Source: Candidatus Helarchaeota archaeon (GTDB taxonomy: Archaea > Asgardarchaeota > Lokiarchaeia > Helarchaeales > RDOG01). From it: a DNA stretch of 64,000 bases. The stretch covers positions 909,910 to 973,909 of the forward strand of contig JAHPZH010000002.1 of the NCBI GenBank assembly GCA_019058315.1, in the 5' to 3' direction. The translations under genes and the position numbers were made by a program. Positions 31,983-40,918 of the stretch are shown here, in pieces (within the stretch, counting starts at the first letter, position 1; every line of letters starts with the position of its first letter). The notes beneath the pieces are model-generated. The model was not told the DNA's origin. It saw only the letters and a list, made by a program, of their open reading frames with translations, and did no database searches.

Positions 31983-32624
31983 TTGCTTTCGATTGAAAAA
32001 TTAAAACTAACAACCCTTCAAAAAGATGCTCTCTACGAGCTTGGCAATATAGGTGCAGGAAATGCAGCTAATGCCTTATTTCAGATGGTTAACATGAAAG
32101 TTGAAGTAAATATTCCTAAAGTTGAGATTGTAGATATAAATCAATATTTTAATACACTTTTTAATGATACTGAAAAAATATTTATTTCGAGGAGCCAGAT
32201 AAACGATAAGATACAAGCAACTCTATTACTTATATTTAGACTTCCAGAATTATTGAAATTATTATCAATTATTGAAAATGAGAAAAATATTGAAAATAAG
32301 AACATTAATAAATTACAAGATTTATCGATTAGCAGTGAAAATGTAGCAACAAAGCTTGCGAATACTTTAATTGGTCAATATATAGAAACAATGGGGCATT
32401 TATTAGGATTTAAACTAAATATTAAGTCACCAACAATAAGTTTAGATATAAGACAAAATATACTTAATAATATAAAGGAAGAAGTAAAATATATTCAAAA
32501 ATTAGCTCTTATAATTAATACTAATTTAATTAATAGTGATATTAAAAATTCTGGATTATTTTTATTGATACCGAATGTTAAAACACTACCAACATTACTA
32601 AATATGTTATTTGATTTTAAATAA
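31983..32624 (+). CDS. cheC: CheC-family phosphatase
   Basis: DALYELGNIGAGNAANAL (ExxN); second site degenerate (KLAN). Confidence 0.88.
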   Translation: MLSIEKLKLTTLQKDALYELGNIGAGNAANALFQMVNMKVEVNIPKVEIVDINQYFNTLFNDTEKIFISRSQINDKIQATLLLIFRLPELLKLLSIIENEKNIENKNINKLQDLSISSENVATKLANTLIGQYIETMGHLLGFKLNIKSPTISLDIRQNILNNIKEEVKYIQKLALIINTNLINSDIKNSGLFLLIPNVKTLPTLLNMLFDFK

Positions 32625-32679
32625 CGGGAGAATCAAAAACTGAATAAATTAATTTATTTAAAAGGAAGTTTAACTTAAT

Positions 32680-33780
32680 TTGGAACGACAGTCTTTTAAT
32701 AAAAATCAAATCAAATTAACTAAACTTGATAGTATAAAAATTAATGAGGAATTATATCAGAAAATTATTCGATTTTTAAACAAAGAAACGCAATTAAATT
32801 TTAGCTTTTATAGAAGAAATTTTATAGAGAAAAGACTAAAATTACGAATGATTAGATTAGAATATAAGGAACTTGAATCTTATTATAAACATTTAATATC
32901 TAATAAAGATGAAATAGAAAAATTTATGGAAAGTTTTAATATAAATTATACACATTTTTTTAGAAACTGGGAAGTATTTGAGCAATTTCAAAATATATTT
33001 ATCCAATCATTAAATCATCAAATACAATACATTAATAGTAAACTGAAACCAGATCCTTCAAAAATTATCAGCAAGAAGAAAGAAATTAAAAAGAATGAGA
33101 AAACATCTAGGGAGATTTTAAGAAAAAATAATTCGAGTTATTATGGAATTACCCAAAATTCTATTAAAAATGAAAATTTAAAAAAATTTTTAAAGCACAC
33201 TTCAATATATCGAAAAATTGAGGCAAACAAATATTCTCATAACATAAATCCAATACTCATCTGGTCATGTCCTTGTGCTTCCGGAGAAGAACCATATTCG
33301 ATTGCTATGATTTTAGATAATCTAAAAATACAAATCAAAAATTTTCCAGAATTTAAAATAGTTGCCTCAGATATTGATATGAGTGCTATAAATAAAGCGA
33401 AAATTGGAATATTTTATGATAATTCAACAAAGGAAATTTCTAATTTTTATGAGTTAAAATATTTTAAGAAAAAAAAGATACCATATGGAAATGAATATGA
33501 GCTTAATGAAAAAATAAAAAATTCTGTTGAATTCATAAGAGAAGATATTACAAAAGCTCATAAAAAAAGCTGGCAATATGATATTATTTTTTGCCGTTAT
33601 CTAATGATTTATTTAAATAAAGAAAAAAGAGATGATTTTATAAAAGTAATAGAAAAGAAATTAGCTTGGGGAGGACTATTATTTTTAGGCAAAACAGAAA
33701 CTCTGTTAAATGTTTCCTGCAATCTTAAGCTTGTTGATTCAAAAAATCACATATATTTAAAAACTCTGTCTAATAATTGA
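32680..33780 (+). CDS. cheR: Chemotaxis methyltransferase CheR with a Lys/Asn-rich insertion
   Basis: INYTHFFRN, IWSCPCASGEEPYSIAM, DIIFCRYLMIY, LFLGKTE. Confidence 0.93.
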   Translation: MERQSFNKNQIKLTKLDSIKINEELYQKIIRFLNKETQLNFSFYRRNFIEKRLKLRMIRLEYKELESYYKHLISNKDEIEKFMESFNINYTHFFRNWEVFEQFQNIFIQSLNHQIQYINSKLKPDPSKIISKKKEIKKNEKTSREILRKNNSSYYGITQNSIKNENLKKFLKHTSIYRKIEANKYSHNINPILIWSCPCASGEEPYSIAMILDNLKIQIKNFPEFKIVASDIDMSAINKAKIGIFYDNSTKEISNFYELKYFKKKKIPYGNEYELNEKIKNSVEFIREDITKAHKKSWQYDIIFCRYLMIYLNKEKRDDFIKVIEKKLAWGGLLFLGKTETLLNVSCNLKLVDSKNHIYLKTLSNN

Positions 33781-34979
33781 TGAAAATGGTAATAAGAGTT
33801 ATAGTTGCAGATGATTCTTCCTATCAAAGAACAATGATATCTAAAATGATATCTGAGCATGAGAAAATAGAAGTAATAGATACTGCAAGGAATGGAGAGG
33901 AGGCAGTTGAGAAAGTTTTAAAATTTCAACCGGATGTTTTATTATTAGATTTAATAATGCCTAAATTAGGTGGTTTAGAAGCATTAAAAAGAATAAGGCT
34001 TAAATATCCAGTACCAACAATAGTTTTTTCAGTTTTAGATCCAAAAACATTGGATTCATCAGTTAAGGCACTCCTTCTAGGAGCATTTGATTATATAATT
34101 AAACCTGGTGGAATATGGAAGGTAGAACTTCCAAAATTTAAAAAACAATTAATTTCAAAAATTATTTTGGCATATAAATCAAAAAAAATTAAACAATTTA
34201 ATAAGAAAAGCGAAAAAAAAATTATTCCGGACATTAAAACACAGAAACGAATTAATACGTTTAAATCTGAAAAAATAAAATACGAAATTAAAGAAAACTT
34301 TCCAAAACCTACTTTTAAAAATAATAAAGGCTTGAATTTAGATATAATTGTTATAGGTACTAGCGTAGGAGGTCCTAAAACCTTAAGATCAATTTTAAAA
34401 AAAATTCCAAAAAAATTTACTTGTCCTATATTAATTGTTCAACATTTGAATTCCAATTTTATGGAGATGTTTGCAAATAATTTAAATGAAATATGTAAAT
34501 TAAATGTAAAAGTCGCAGAAAATGATGAAATTATCCATTCTGGTAATATATATTTGGCTCCAGGAGGTAAACATATGGAGATTATCAGAAGGAATAACAA
34601 ACCATTAATAAGAGTATTTACTGGAGACCCAATTAATTTTTGTAAACCTTCTGTTGATCCATTATTTATTTCAGCAGCTCGTATCTTTAAGAATCAAGTA
34701 TTGGGAATTATTTTGACAGGAATTGGATTTGATGGCACTGAGGGACTTAAAGCAATTAGATTAGCTGGTGGAATAACTATTGCTGAATCTCAAGAAACTT
34801 GTGTAGTTTTTGGAATGCCAAAAGTGGCCATAGAAAAAGGTGCAGCTGAAATTATAGTACCAAATTATCAGATAATTGATTATATGGTTAAATTTTCAAA
34901 TAGATTTAAATATAGGATATCAGATAGATCCTATTTAGGTGAGGGCGATATAAATGAACGAGGAAATGAAACAAATTAA
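33777..34979 (+). CDS. cheB: Chemotaxis methylesterase CheB (REC + esterase)
   Basis: GTSVGGP, VQH, PSVD, LTGIGFDG, FGMP. Confidence 0.95.
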   Translation: MMKMVIRVIVADDSSYQRTMISKMISEHEKIEVIDTARNGEEAVEKVLKFQPDVLLLDLIMPKLGGLEALKRIRLKYPVPTIVFSVLDPKTLDSSVKALLLGAFDYIIKPGGIWKVELPKFKKQLISKIILAYKSKKIKQFNKKSEKKIIPDIKTQKRINTFKSEKIKYEIKENFPKPTFKNNKGLNLDIIVIGTSVGGPKTLRSILKKIPKKFTCPILIVQHLNSNFMEMFANNLNEICKLNVKVAENDEIIHSGNIYLAPGGKHMEIIRRNNKPLIRVFTGDPINFCKPSVDPLFISAARIFKNQVLGIILTGIGFDGTEGLKAIRLAGGITIAESQETCVVFGMPKVAIEKGAAEIIVPNYQIIDYMVKFSNRFKYRISDRSYLGEGDINERGNETN

Positions 34980-36108
34980 ACATGAACTTAATGAAAAAGC
35001 AAAAAAATTGGATTTTATTTTTCTATTTACCAATATTTGTCTAACTAAAGATATCAAAATAAAGGAAATTTTAGAAAAGCTAATTGAATTAATACAAACT
35101 GCTTGGCAATTTCCAGATTCAACAGCTGTCAGAATTAAATATGGTAATATTGAATATAAAACAGAAAATTTTAGGGAAACAAATTGGAAATTAATGGAAA
35201 AAATCGAAATAATGGAAAAGGTTCTTTCAATAGAAATCTATTCTCTTGAAGAAAATACATTTCTCCCAGATGAAAAAGAGTTAATAAAAGAAATTCTAAA
35301 TCGATTGAAGCCTATAATAGAGCTTGAAAATTTGAAGCTAAAATTAAAGGAGAAAAAAAGTGAAGGTTTGAATAAGTTGTCTATGCTCTCTGAAAAATCG
35401 GGTCTTTCTATGCAAGAATTGATACAGACAACCGTTAATGCAGAATTAGAACAATTTGCTTATGTAACATCGAAAGATCTTCAAGAACCGTTACGCATGG
35501 TATCAACCTATGTAAACTTACTCTCCAAAACTCTTAAAGATGAACTTGATGATGAGACAGAAGAATATATTACCTTCATTATAGATGGTGTGAAGAGAAT
35601 GCAGAAATTGATAGACGATTTAGTCGCTTTATCATATATAAGTAAAGAAGGGAAAGATTTCAAACCTACAAATTTTAATAATGCTGTAGAACTAGCAATT
35701 GATATTTTAAAAGAAGCAATTGACGATTCAAATACAGTTATAACTAAAGATGAATTACCAACAATACTGGCAGATGAATCTCAAATAATCCAATTATTTA
35801 AAAATCTCATTGGAGTTTCTATCATATTTCGTGGTGAAGAAAATCCCCAAATACATATCTCCGCTAAACAAATCGATGATTATTGGGAATTTTCATTACA
35901 TGATAATGGAGTCAGTATAGCTCCTTCATACTATGAACGAACTTTTGTCAATTTGCAGCGTTTAAATATGAGAGAGGAATATTTAGGAACAGGTATGGGA
36001 CTAGCAATAAGTAAAAGAATAATAGAACGACATGGTGGGAAAATAAGGTTGAAGCCACTCTCAGATAATGAAACAGTAATTTACTTCACAATTCCAATTA
36101 TTAAATAA
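34954..36108 (+). CDS. Histidine-kinase-like protein with degenerate H and N boxes
   Basis: FAYVTSKDLQEPLR (His replaced by Lys), NLIGVSIIF, DNGVSI, GTGMGLAI. Confidence 0.85.
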   Translation: MNEEMKQIKHELNEKAKKLDFIFLFTNICLTKDIKIKEILEKLIELIQTAWQFPDSTAVRIKYGNIEYKTENFRETNWKLMEKIEIMEKVLSIEIYSLEENTFLPDEKELIKEILNRLKPIIELENLKLKLKEKKSEGLNKLSMLSEKSGLSMQELIQTTVNAELEQFAYVTSKDLQEPLRMVSTYVNLLSKTLKDELDDETEEYITFIIDGVKRMQKLIDDLVALSYISKEGKDFKPTNFNNAVELAIDILKEAIDDSNTVITKDELPTILADESQIIQLFKNLIGVSIIFRGEENPQIHISAKQIDDYWEFSLHDNGVSIAPSYYERTFVNLQRLNMREEYLGTGMGLAISKRIIERHGGKIRLKPLSDNETVIYFTIPIIK

Positions 36109-36190
36109 AGTGAATAATTATTAATTTTTTAAATTTCATTAAGAATAAAAAAACTTAATTATTATTTTCTAAAAGATTTAATAATAATTT

Positions 36191-37012
36191 TTAATCTTTA
36201 GATGAATAGGAAACTAATTTTTCTTTTAAATCTTCAGCTAAATCTCCTAATCGAGAAGCTGTTGTTGTGAGTTCTTCCATAGAAGCAGTCTGCTCTTCTG
36301 TGGATGCATTAATTGTCTCTAGAGATTCGAAAGATATCTTAATCTTTTCTATTATATCATTGATTCCTTTATTAGTAACAGATATTGAGTTTTTTGAATC
36401 CTCTGCTAATTTTCGAACCTCAGCTGCAACTACTGCGAATCCACGGCCATGTTCACCTGCTCTACCTGCTTCTATACTAGCATTTAACGCAAGTAAATTT
36501 GTTTGTTCTGAAATATTTATCAAAATATCCAAAATATTACGGATTTCACTTGAAGATTCCATTATTTCTTGACCAAGACTTGTGATTTGATTTGTAGTTG
36601 AAGCGATCTCTTCAGATGAGGCATTAACTTCGCTGGCACTCGCGGCCAATTCACTAGCAATATTTGATACATTTATTGATGACTCCTTACTCGCTTTAAG
36701 GACATTATTGATCGTTTCATGTTGTTCTATAATGATTTTACCTGAGTAGTATAAAGAATATAGAAAAGTTATAATTATGAGACTGGCGCATATTACAAAA
36801 ACAATTGCTTCACTAGGAAATACAACAAAATGAAAAGCAGCAGATTCGACTATTAATATGTATGAAACAACTTGTGTTAGCATAACTTTAAACGCTAATG
36901 AGCTAATGTTTGATTTAAAATAATACTTAAATGCTATAAGTATTGCTATACAAATGAATGGAACAACATAGATATAAAATTCAATAGGTACTATCATCTC
37001 TTCTGCAAGCAT
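36191..37012 (-). CDS. Short membrane-bound methyl-accepting chemotaxis protein
   Basis: [37 protein letters not shown]; 3 N-terminal TMs. Confidence 0.93.
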   Translation of the reverse strand: MLAEEMIVPIEFYIYVVPFICIAILIAFKYYFKSNISSLAFKVMLTQVVSYILIVESAAFHFVVFPSEAIVFVICASLIIITFLYSLYYSGKIIIEQHETINNVLKASKESSINVSNIASELAASASEVNASSEEIASTTNQITSLGQEIMESSSEIRNILDILINISEQTNLLALNASIEAGRAGEHGRGFAVVAAEVRKLAEDSKNSISVTNKGINDIIEKIKISFESLETINASTEEQTASMEELTTTASRLGDLAEDLKEKLVSYSSKD

Positions 37013-37197
37013 TATTTTTCACATTTTTATTATTGTTTTGAAGTAAGAAAGCAGCAAATAATTTAAACCTTATCAAATTACTATATCAATTTTTAGAAAA
37101 AATAGGTAGCAAACATTCATTTGAAAATTTTATCAAAAAATTGTTGCTAAAGATATGGATTTCATTACTGATAAGATAAAATAAAATTTAGATGATT

Positions 37198-37875
37198 TTA
37201 ATCTGATCGATTCATTTTTTTTATTTTTTCCAAAAAATATTCATCAACAACTTTTAATTTAGGTCGTTGATATTTTTCACTTAATTCAATTATAATTTCA
37301 TTATAATCAATAATAAACTCTCTCACGCCTTTCATAAACTTAAAGTAACTTTTTGGTGTAATTTTCTTCCCTTCTTGTTTTTCTTTACTTTTAAGCTCTC
37401 TAAAGATTTCTTTTCTGATAATACTATCCCACAAAGGAAAAAAATCGGGAACTAATAGATGGAGAAATTTTCCTGTAGCTGTCGATGCAAGGATACCATT
37501 GAAGATTTCAAAATGTTTATTAATCTGTTTTTTCCATTTATTATCATTTAAATCAGTATTTTCTATCTTTAAAGATTGATATTTGATTAAATCCTTACAA
37601 TGCTCTTTAACTGATTCAATTATGTCATAAGTCCAACTCTTCCTTTTTTCTGTATTAAGAACTCTTCCCATATTTCCCCAAATTAACAAATATGTCCGTA
37701 TTGGACCTTTTATATCACTTTCATCAATTTCACATAAATTAATCTTTTTTGTAAATTGAAGACAATTATTATAGATTATATCTGTAGCAAATTTCCATTC
37801 ATGTTCATGGTTTTTTACTAGATCCTCAATTTCTTTTTGGGCAGGTTTTAAGATTGAACTGTTTCTATCAGTCAA
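37198..37875 (-). CDS. Hypothetical; possible alpha-helical (HhH-like) DNA glycosylase fold
   Basis: TATGKFLHLLVPDFFPLWDSIIR motif; C-terminal KVVDEY. Confidence 0.45.
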   Translation of the reverse strand: MTDRNSSILKPAQKEIEDLVKNHEHEWKFATDIIYNNCLQFTKKINLCEIDESDIKGPIRTYLLIWGNMGRVLNTEKRKSWTYDIIESVKEHCKDLIKYQSLKIENTDLNDNKWKKQINKHFEIFNGILASTATGKFLHLLVPDFFPLWDSIIRKEIFRELKSKEKQEGKKITPKSYFKFMKGVREFIIDYNEIIIELSEKYQRPKLKVVDEYFLEKIKKMNRSD

Positions 37876-37991
37876 ATATAATCTCTCAAAATACTCAATT
37901 ATTCGTTAAAAATATTTGTAATAAATAGTCAAAAATATTTTTAATAAAGTTCTTTTTATTTTTTAAATTTAAATGATTTATGAGTGGAATA

Positions 37992-38004
37992 TAACTGCGA
38001 TTAT
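37992..38004 (+). repeat. Right half-site of the 31-bp dispersed repeat (TAACTGCGATTAT)
   Basis: 13/13 match to consensus positions 19-31; left part unrelated. Confidence 0.65.
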
Positions 38005-38174
38005 GAGACACTAAGAAAATACAGAAACTAAAAAAAAGAAATTTGGTTTATAGAATCTTTAAAACGAGGGGAATTTCTATTTCTCAACAATAAAGAAGAT
38101 TCTAATTTAAAAACTTTTAAATAATTTTTCTTAAAAATACAATTAATTCCTTTTTTAAAAAGAAGGTTAAAAAT

Positions 38175-38714
38175 ATGAATAAAGCAGGAGCAGCAGCAGT
38201 AATTTTTTTCCTGTTAGCTGCTGGAGCCATCGGCTATATAGCCTATGAAACGATGCAACCTACTCCTATAGACCCAGGTACTGCGTTATATATATACGAG
38301 AAAATTTTTCCGCCACCTCCACAAAGAAATACTTGGTACACAAAATATGACAGTTATAAATATACAAATCCAGCCTTAACTAACATACTTTTCAGTGAAT
38401 TACGAATAGAATTTGAAATTAGACCTGGAGAACATGTATTATTTAGTTTTTCGACACAAATTTTTCTTCCTTCTGGTGGACCCTTTACGGCAGCTGCCTT
38501 TTTCGTTGTTGATGGAATTGATAAAGAAGCTGGTTATCCATCTTGCGGTGTTGCAATGGATACATCAGATGGTGCGAGTATTCAAAGTTGCTCAATGTTA
38601 ATGGCCCTTTCCTTATCTCCGGGAACACACAACGTTACAGTTAAGATTATTGGGACTGACACAGGAATAAGATTTTCTGACACTAGTATGGCAGTCCAAA
38701 CTTATACAACTTAA
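38175..38714 (+). CDS. N-terminally anchored surface beta-sandwich protein
   Basis: N-terminal TM, Pro-rich linker, 'LSPGTHNVTV'. Confidence 0.65.
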   Translation: MNKAGAAAVIFFLLAAGAIGYIAYETMQPTPIDPGTALYIYEKIFPPPPQRNTWYTKYDSYKYTNPALTNILFSELRIEFEIRPGEHVLFSFSTQIFLPSGGPFTAAAFFVVDGIDKEAGYPSCGVAMDTSDGASIQSCSMLMALSLSPGTHNVTVKIIGTDTGIRFSDTSMAVQTYTT

Positions 38715-38744
38715 TTTTTTTTTATTAAATCTGAAAAAATGATT

Positions 38745-38775
38745 TATACCCAATTTCAGACTTAACTGCGATTTT
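38745..38775 (+). repeat. 31-bp dispersed repeat copy 1
   Basis: TATACCCAATTTCAGACTTAACTGCGATTTT, 1 difference from consensus. Confidence 0.95.
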
Positions 38776-38937
38776 GAAAAATTGAAATTTAGAAGTTTCT
38801 CATTTTATGTAGTGATTTATAATTATTTTTTAACCTGTTATTGGTGAAGGGATGTTCAGAGAAACTTTATTGCCACAAGTTTAAATTTATATTAAATAAT
38901 TATGAGATCTAAATCAGTATATTAGGAGATATAAATC

Positions 38938-39879
38938 TTGGAATTTAAAGAAGCAAAAAAGATAGAAGCAGAAAAGATAGAAAAAAATTTTAGAAATGGT
39001 CCATTTCAAGAGTATAAAGATAAATGTAAGGATATTAAAGGAGAGTTTTCAATTGATGATGCGGGATTTGAGATTTTTCAGGGCCCAATTCTAAATTATA
39101 ATCCAATTATGATAATTGGTTTTAATCCCGGATATGGGAAGAAGGCAGGACCGGCTCAAAAAAACTTAGAACATAGAATATATTATAATATCCACTCTAT
39201 TTATGACACATTTTTAGAAAAGAGAATAAAAGGAGATTATACATATTTTGCTAGAAATCTAAGGAGATATTTTTGTTTTATTTTTCTAAATGAAGAACAA
39301 GCTAATTATAAACACACTTGTATTAATAGGCAATATTTGAAGGAGCGGAAAAGTCATGAAATTGATTCTTCTGCTCAATTTATGGATTATTGTATGAGCT
39401 GCCCACCTGTGGTTCAAAGTAGAAAATGGTTTAAATTAGAAAAAAATGAAATTTCCATACCATTTAAAATATTAGCAAGTGTTTTTGCTACTAACTTGAT
39501 TTTTTTTAAATCACCTGTTGAAGAGAGGCTCCATAATTTAGAGCTTGCCCTTCAATTAAGTCGCTCTATATTAATTGAATTAATAAATAAAGCAAACCCT
39601 AAACTAATAATAACATTCGGAAACGAAGTAGAAGATGAATTAGAGAAATTGCAAAAGGAGAAAAAAATTCGTGAAGACATCAAAATTTGTAGGTTGAATA
39701 ATCCTTCAACAGATAGAAGTGGAGAACTTACAGAACCAGATAACATCGAAAGACTTAAAAAATTGAGAAACTTCATCAAAGAACAGATCCAGAAATCTAG
39801 CGAATTTAGGCAAGAAATAGACTTCATTCTTTATAAAAATAAATTAGAGAAATTAGAGGAATTATTAAAAGTTAGTTGA
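38938..39879 (+). CDS. Uracil-DNA-glycosylase-superfamily protein
   Basis: IMIIGFNPG, TNLIFFKSP, PKLIITFG, LNNPS (HPS-like). Confidence 0.65.
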   Translation: MEFKEAKKIEAEKIEKNFRNGPFQEYKDKCKDIKGEFSIDDAGFEIFQGPILNYNPIMIIGFNPGYGKKAGPAQKNLEHRIYYNIHSIYDTFLEKRIKGDYTYFARNLRRYFCFIFLNEEQANYKHTCINRQYLKERKSHEIDSSAQFMDYCMSCPPVVQSRKWFKLEKNEISIPFKILASVFATNLIFFKSPVEERLHNLELALQLSRSILIELINKANPKLIITFGNEVEDELEKLQKEKKIREDIKICRLNNPSTDRSGELTEPDNIERLKKLRNFIKEQIQKSSEFRQEIDFILYKNKLEKLEELLKVS

Positions 39880-40083
39880 CTTACTTAGCAATAAGTAGTC
39901 TTAAAATAAAAAGAGAAGGAAATTATTTTTGTATTTTAGATAAAAAAAAATTGCACAAATTAAGCTCTAACTCAAAGTAAAAAGTTGAGCTTGTCAGATT
40001 ATAAATAATTAAATGAAGAACTGGATATTTTAACTGAGAAATTCAAAGATGTTTATAAAAAGGTAAAGGGAAATAAGATAAGT

Positions 40084-40734
40084 GTGAAGTTAAAATATAA
40101 AATAGCGTTGGTCGGAGATCCTAAAGTAGGAAAGAGTAACCTCCTTAATAGATATATTGACGGAATCTTTAACCCTCCCCCTTCACGAATAGGGGTAAAA
40201 TTTTATCAAAAGACTGTTCAAATTCCAGGAACAAATGAGGAGGCTCGATTTTTATTCTGGGAAATGATTAACAGAAGATTTCAAGGGATAATCGAGCAGC
40301 ATTTCAAGAGCACGAGTGGAGTCATATTAATTTTCGATACTACAAGAAGGGAAACATTTGATAACCTCACTTATTGGCATGATGAAATCAAAGGGCGCAT
40401 CAAAAATGTTGTTCCCGGGATTTTAATTGGGGCTAAAATGGATCTCGTGGACCAAAGAGTGGTATCAACTAAAGAAGCGCAAGAATATGCAGATAAAATT
40501 AAATATGCATACATTGAAACTTCTGCAAAAACAAATCATAACGTTACCAAAGCTTTTAATTTTATGATTAGGGAGCTTCTAATTCCTGAAAAAGCCAAGA
40601 TCGATGAACTTATTAATAAGATAAAGAAAATAGAGAAAGATGGATTAAAATTTACAGAAGAATTCAAAATATTAAAAAAAATTAAAGAATTAAAAAAATT
40701 TAAAGAAGGATTAAATAAGTTGTATGAAGATTAA
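40084..40734 (+). CDS. Rab-like small GTPase with degenerate G2/G3
   Basis: GDPKVGKS, IGVKFY, GAKMD, ETSAK; WEMIN in place of WDTAG. Confidence 0.88.
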   Translation: MKLKYKIALVGDPKVGKSNLLNRYIDGIFNPPPSRIGVKFYQKTVQIPGTNEEARFLFWEMINRRFQGIIEQHFKSTSGVILIFDTTRRETFDNLTYWHDEIKGRIKNVVPGILIGAKMDLVDQRVVSTKEAQEYADKIKYAYIETSAKTNHNVTKAFNFMIRELLIPEKAKIDELINKIKKIEKDGLKFTEEFKILKKIKELKKFKEGLNKLYED

Positions 40735-40869
40735 AAAAAAATTTAGCTTGCATCATAGAACTAACAATTAATTTATACTTTTTTATGCCGTATTATATTG
40801 CAGGAGTTGTAGCAGATAATTTTAAGAAAATATCTGCTGAATTAAGAAAAGAATTGCTATTATGATAAT

Positions 40870-40900
40870 TATACCCAATTTCAGATTTAACTGCGATTAT
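40870..40900 (+). repeat. 31-bp dispersed repeat copy 2
   Basis: TATACCCAATTTCAGATTTAACTGCGATTAT, 1 difference. Confidence 0.95.
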
Positions 40901-40918
40901 GTTACAAGATGGATAAAC

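Noticed and set aside
39962-39992. Hairpin AAGCTCTAACT...AGTTGAGCTT containing GTTGAGC (GTTRRRY)
   Set aside because: Only ~31 bp, too short for attC and single copy; more likely an ordinary stem-loop.
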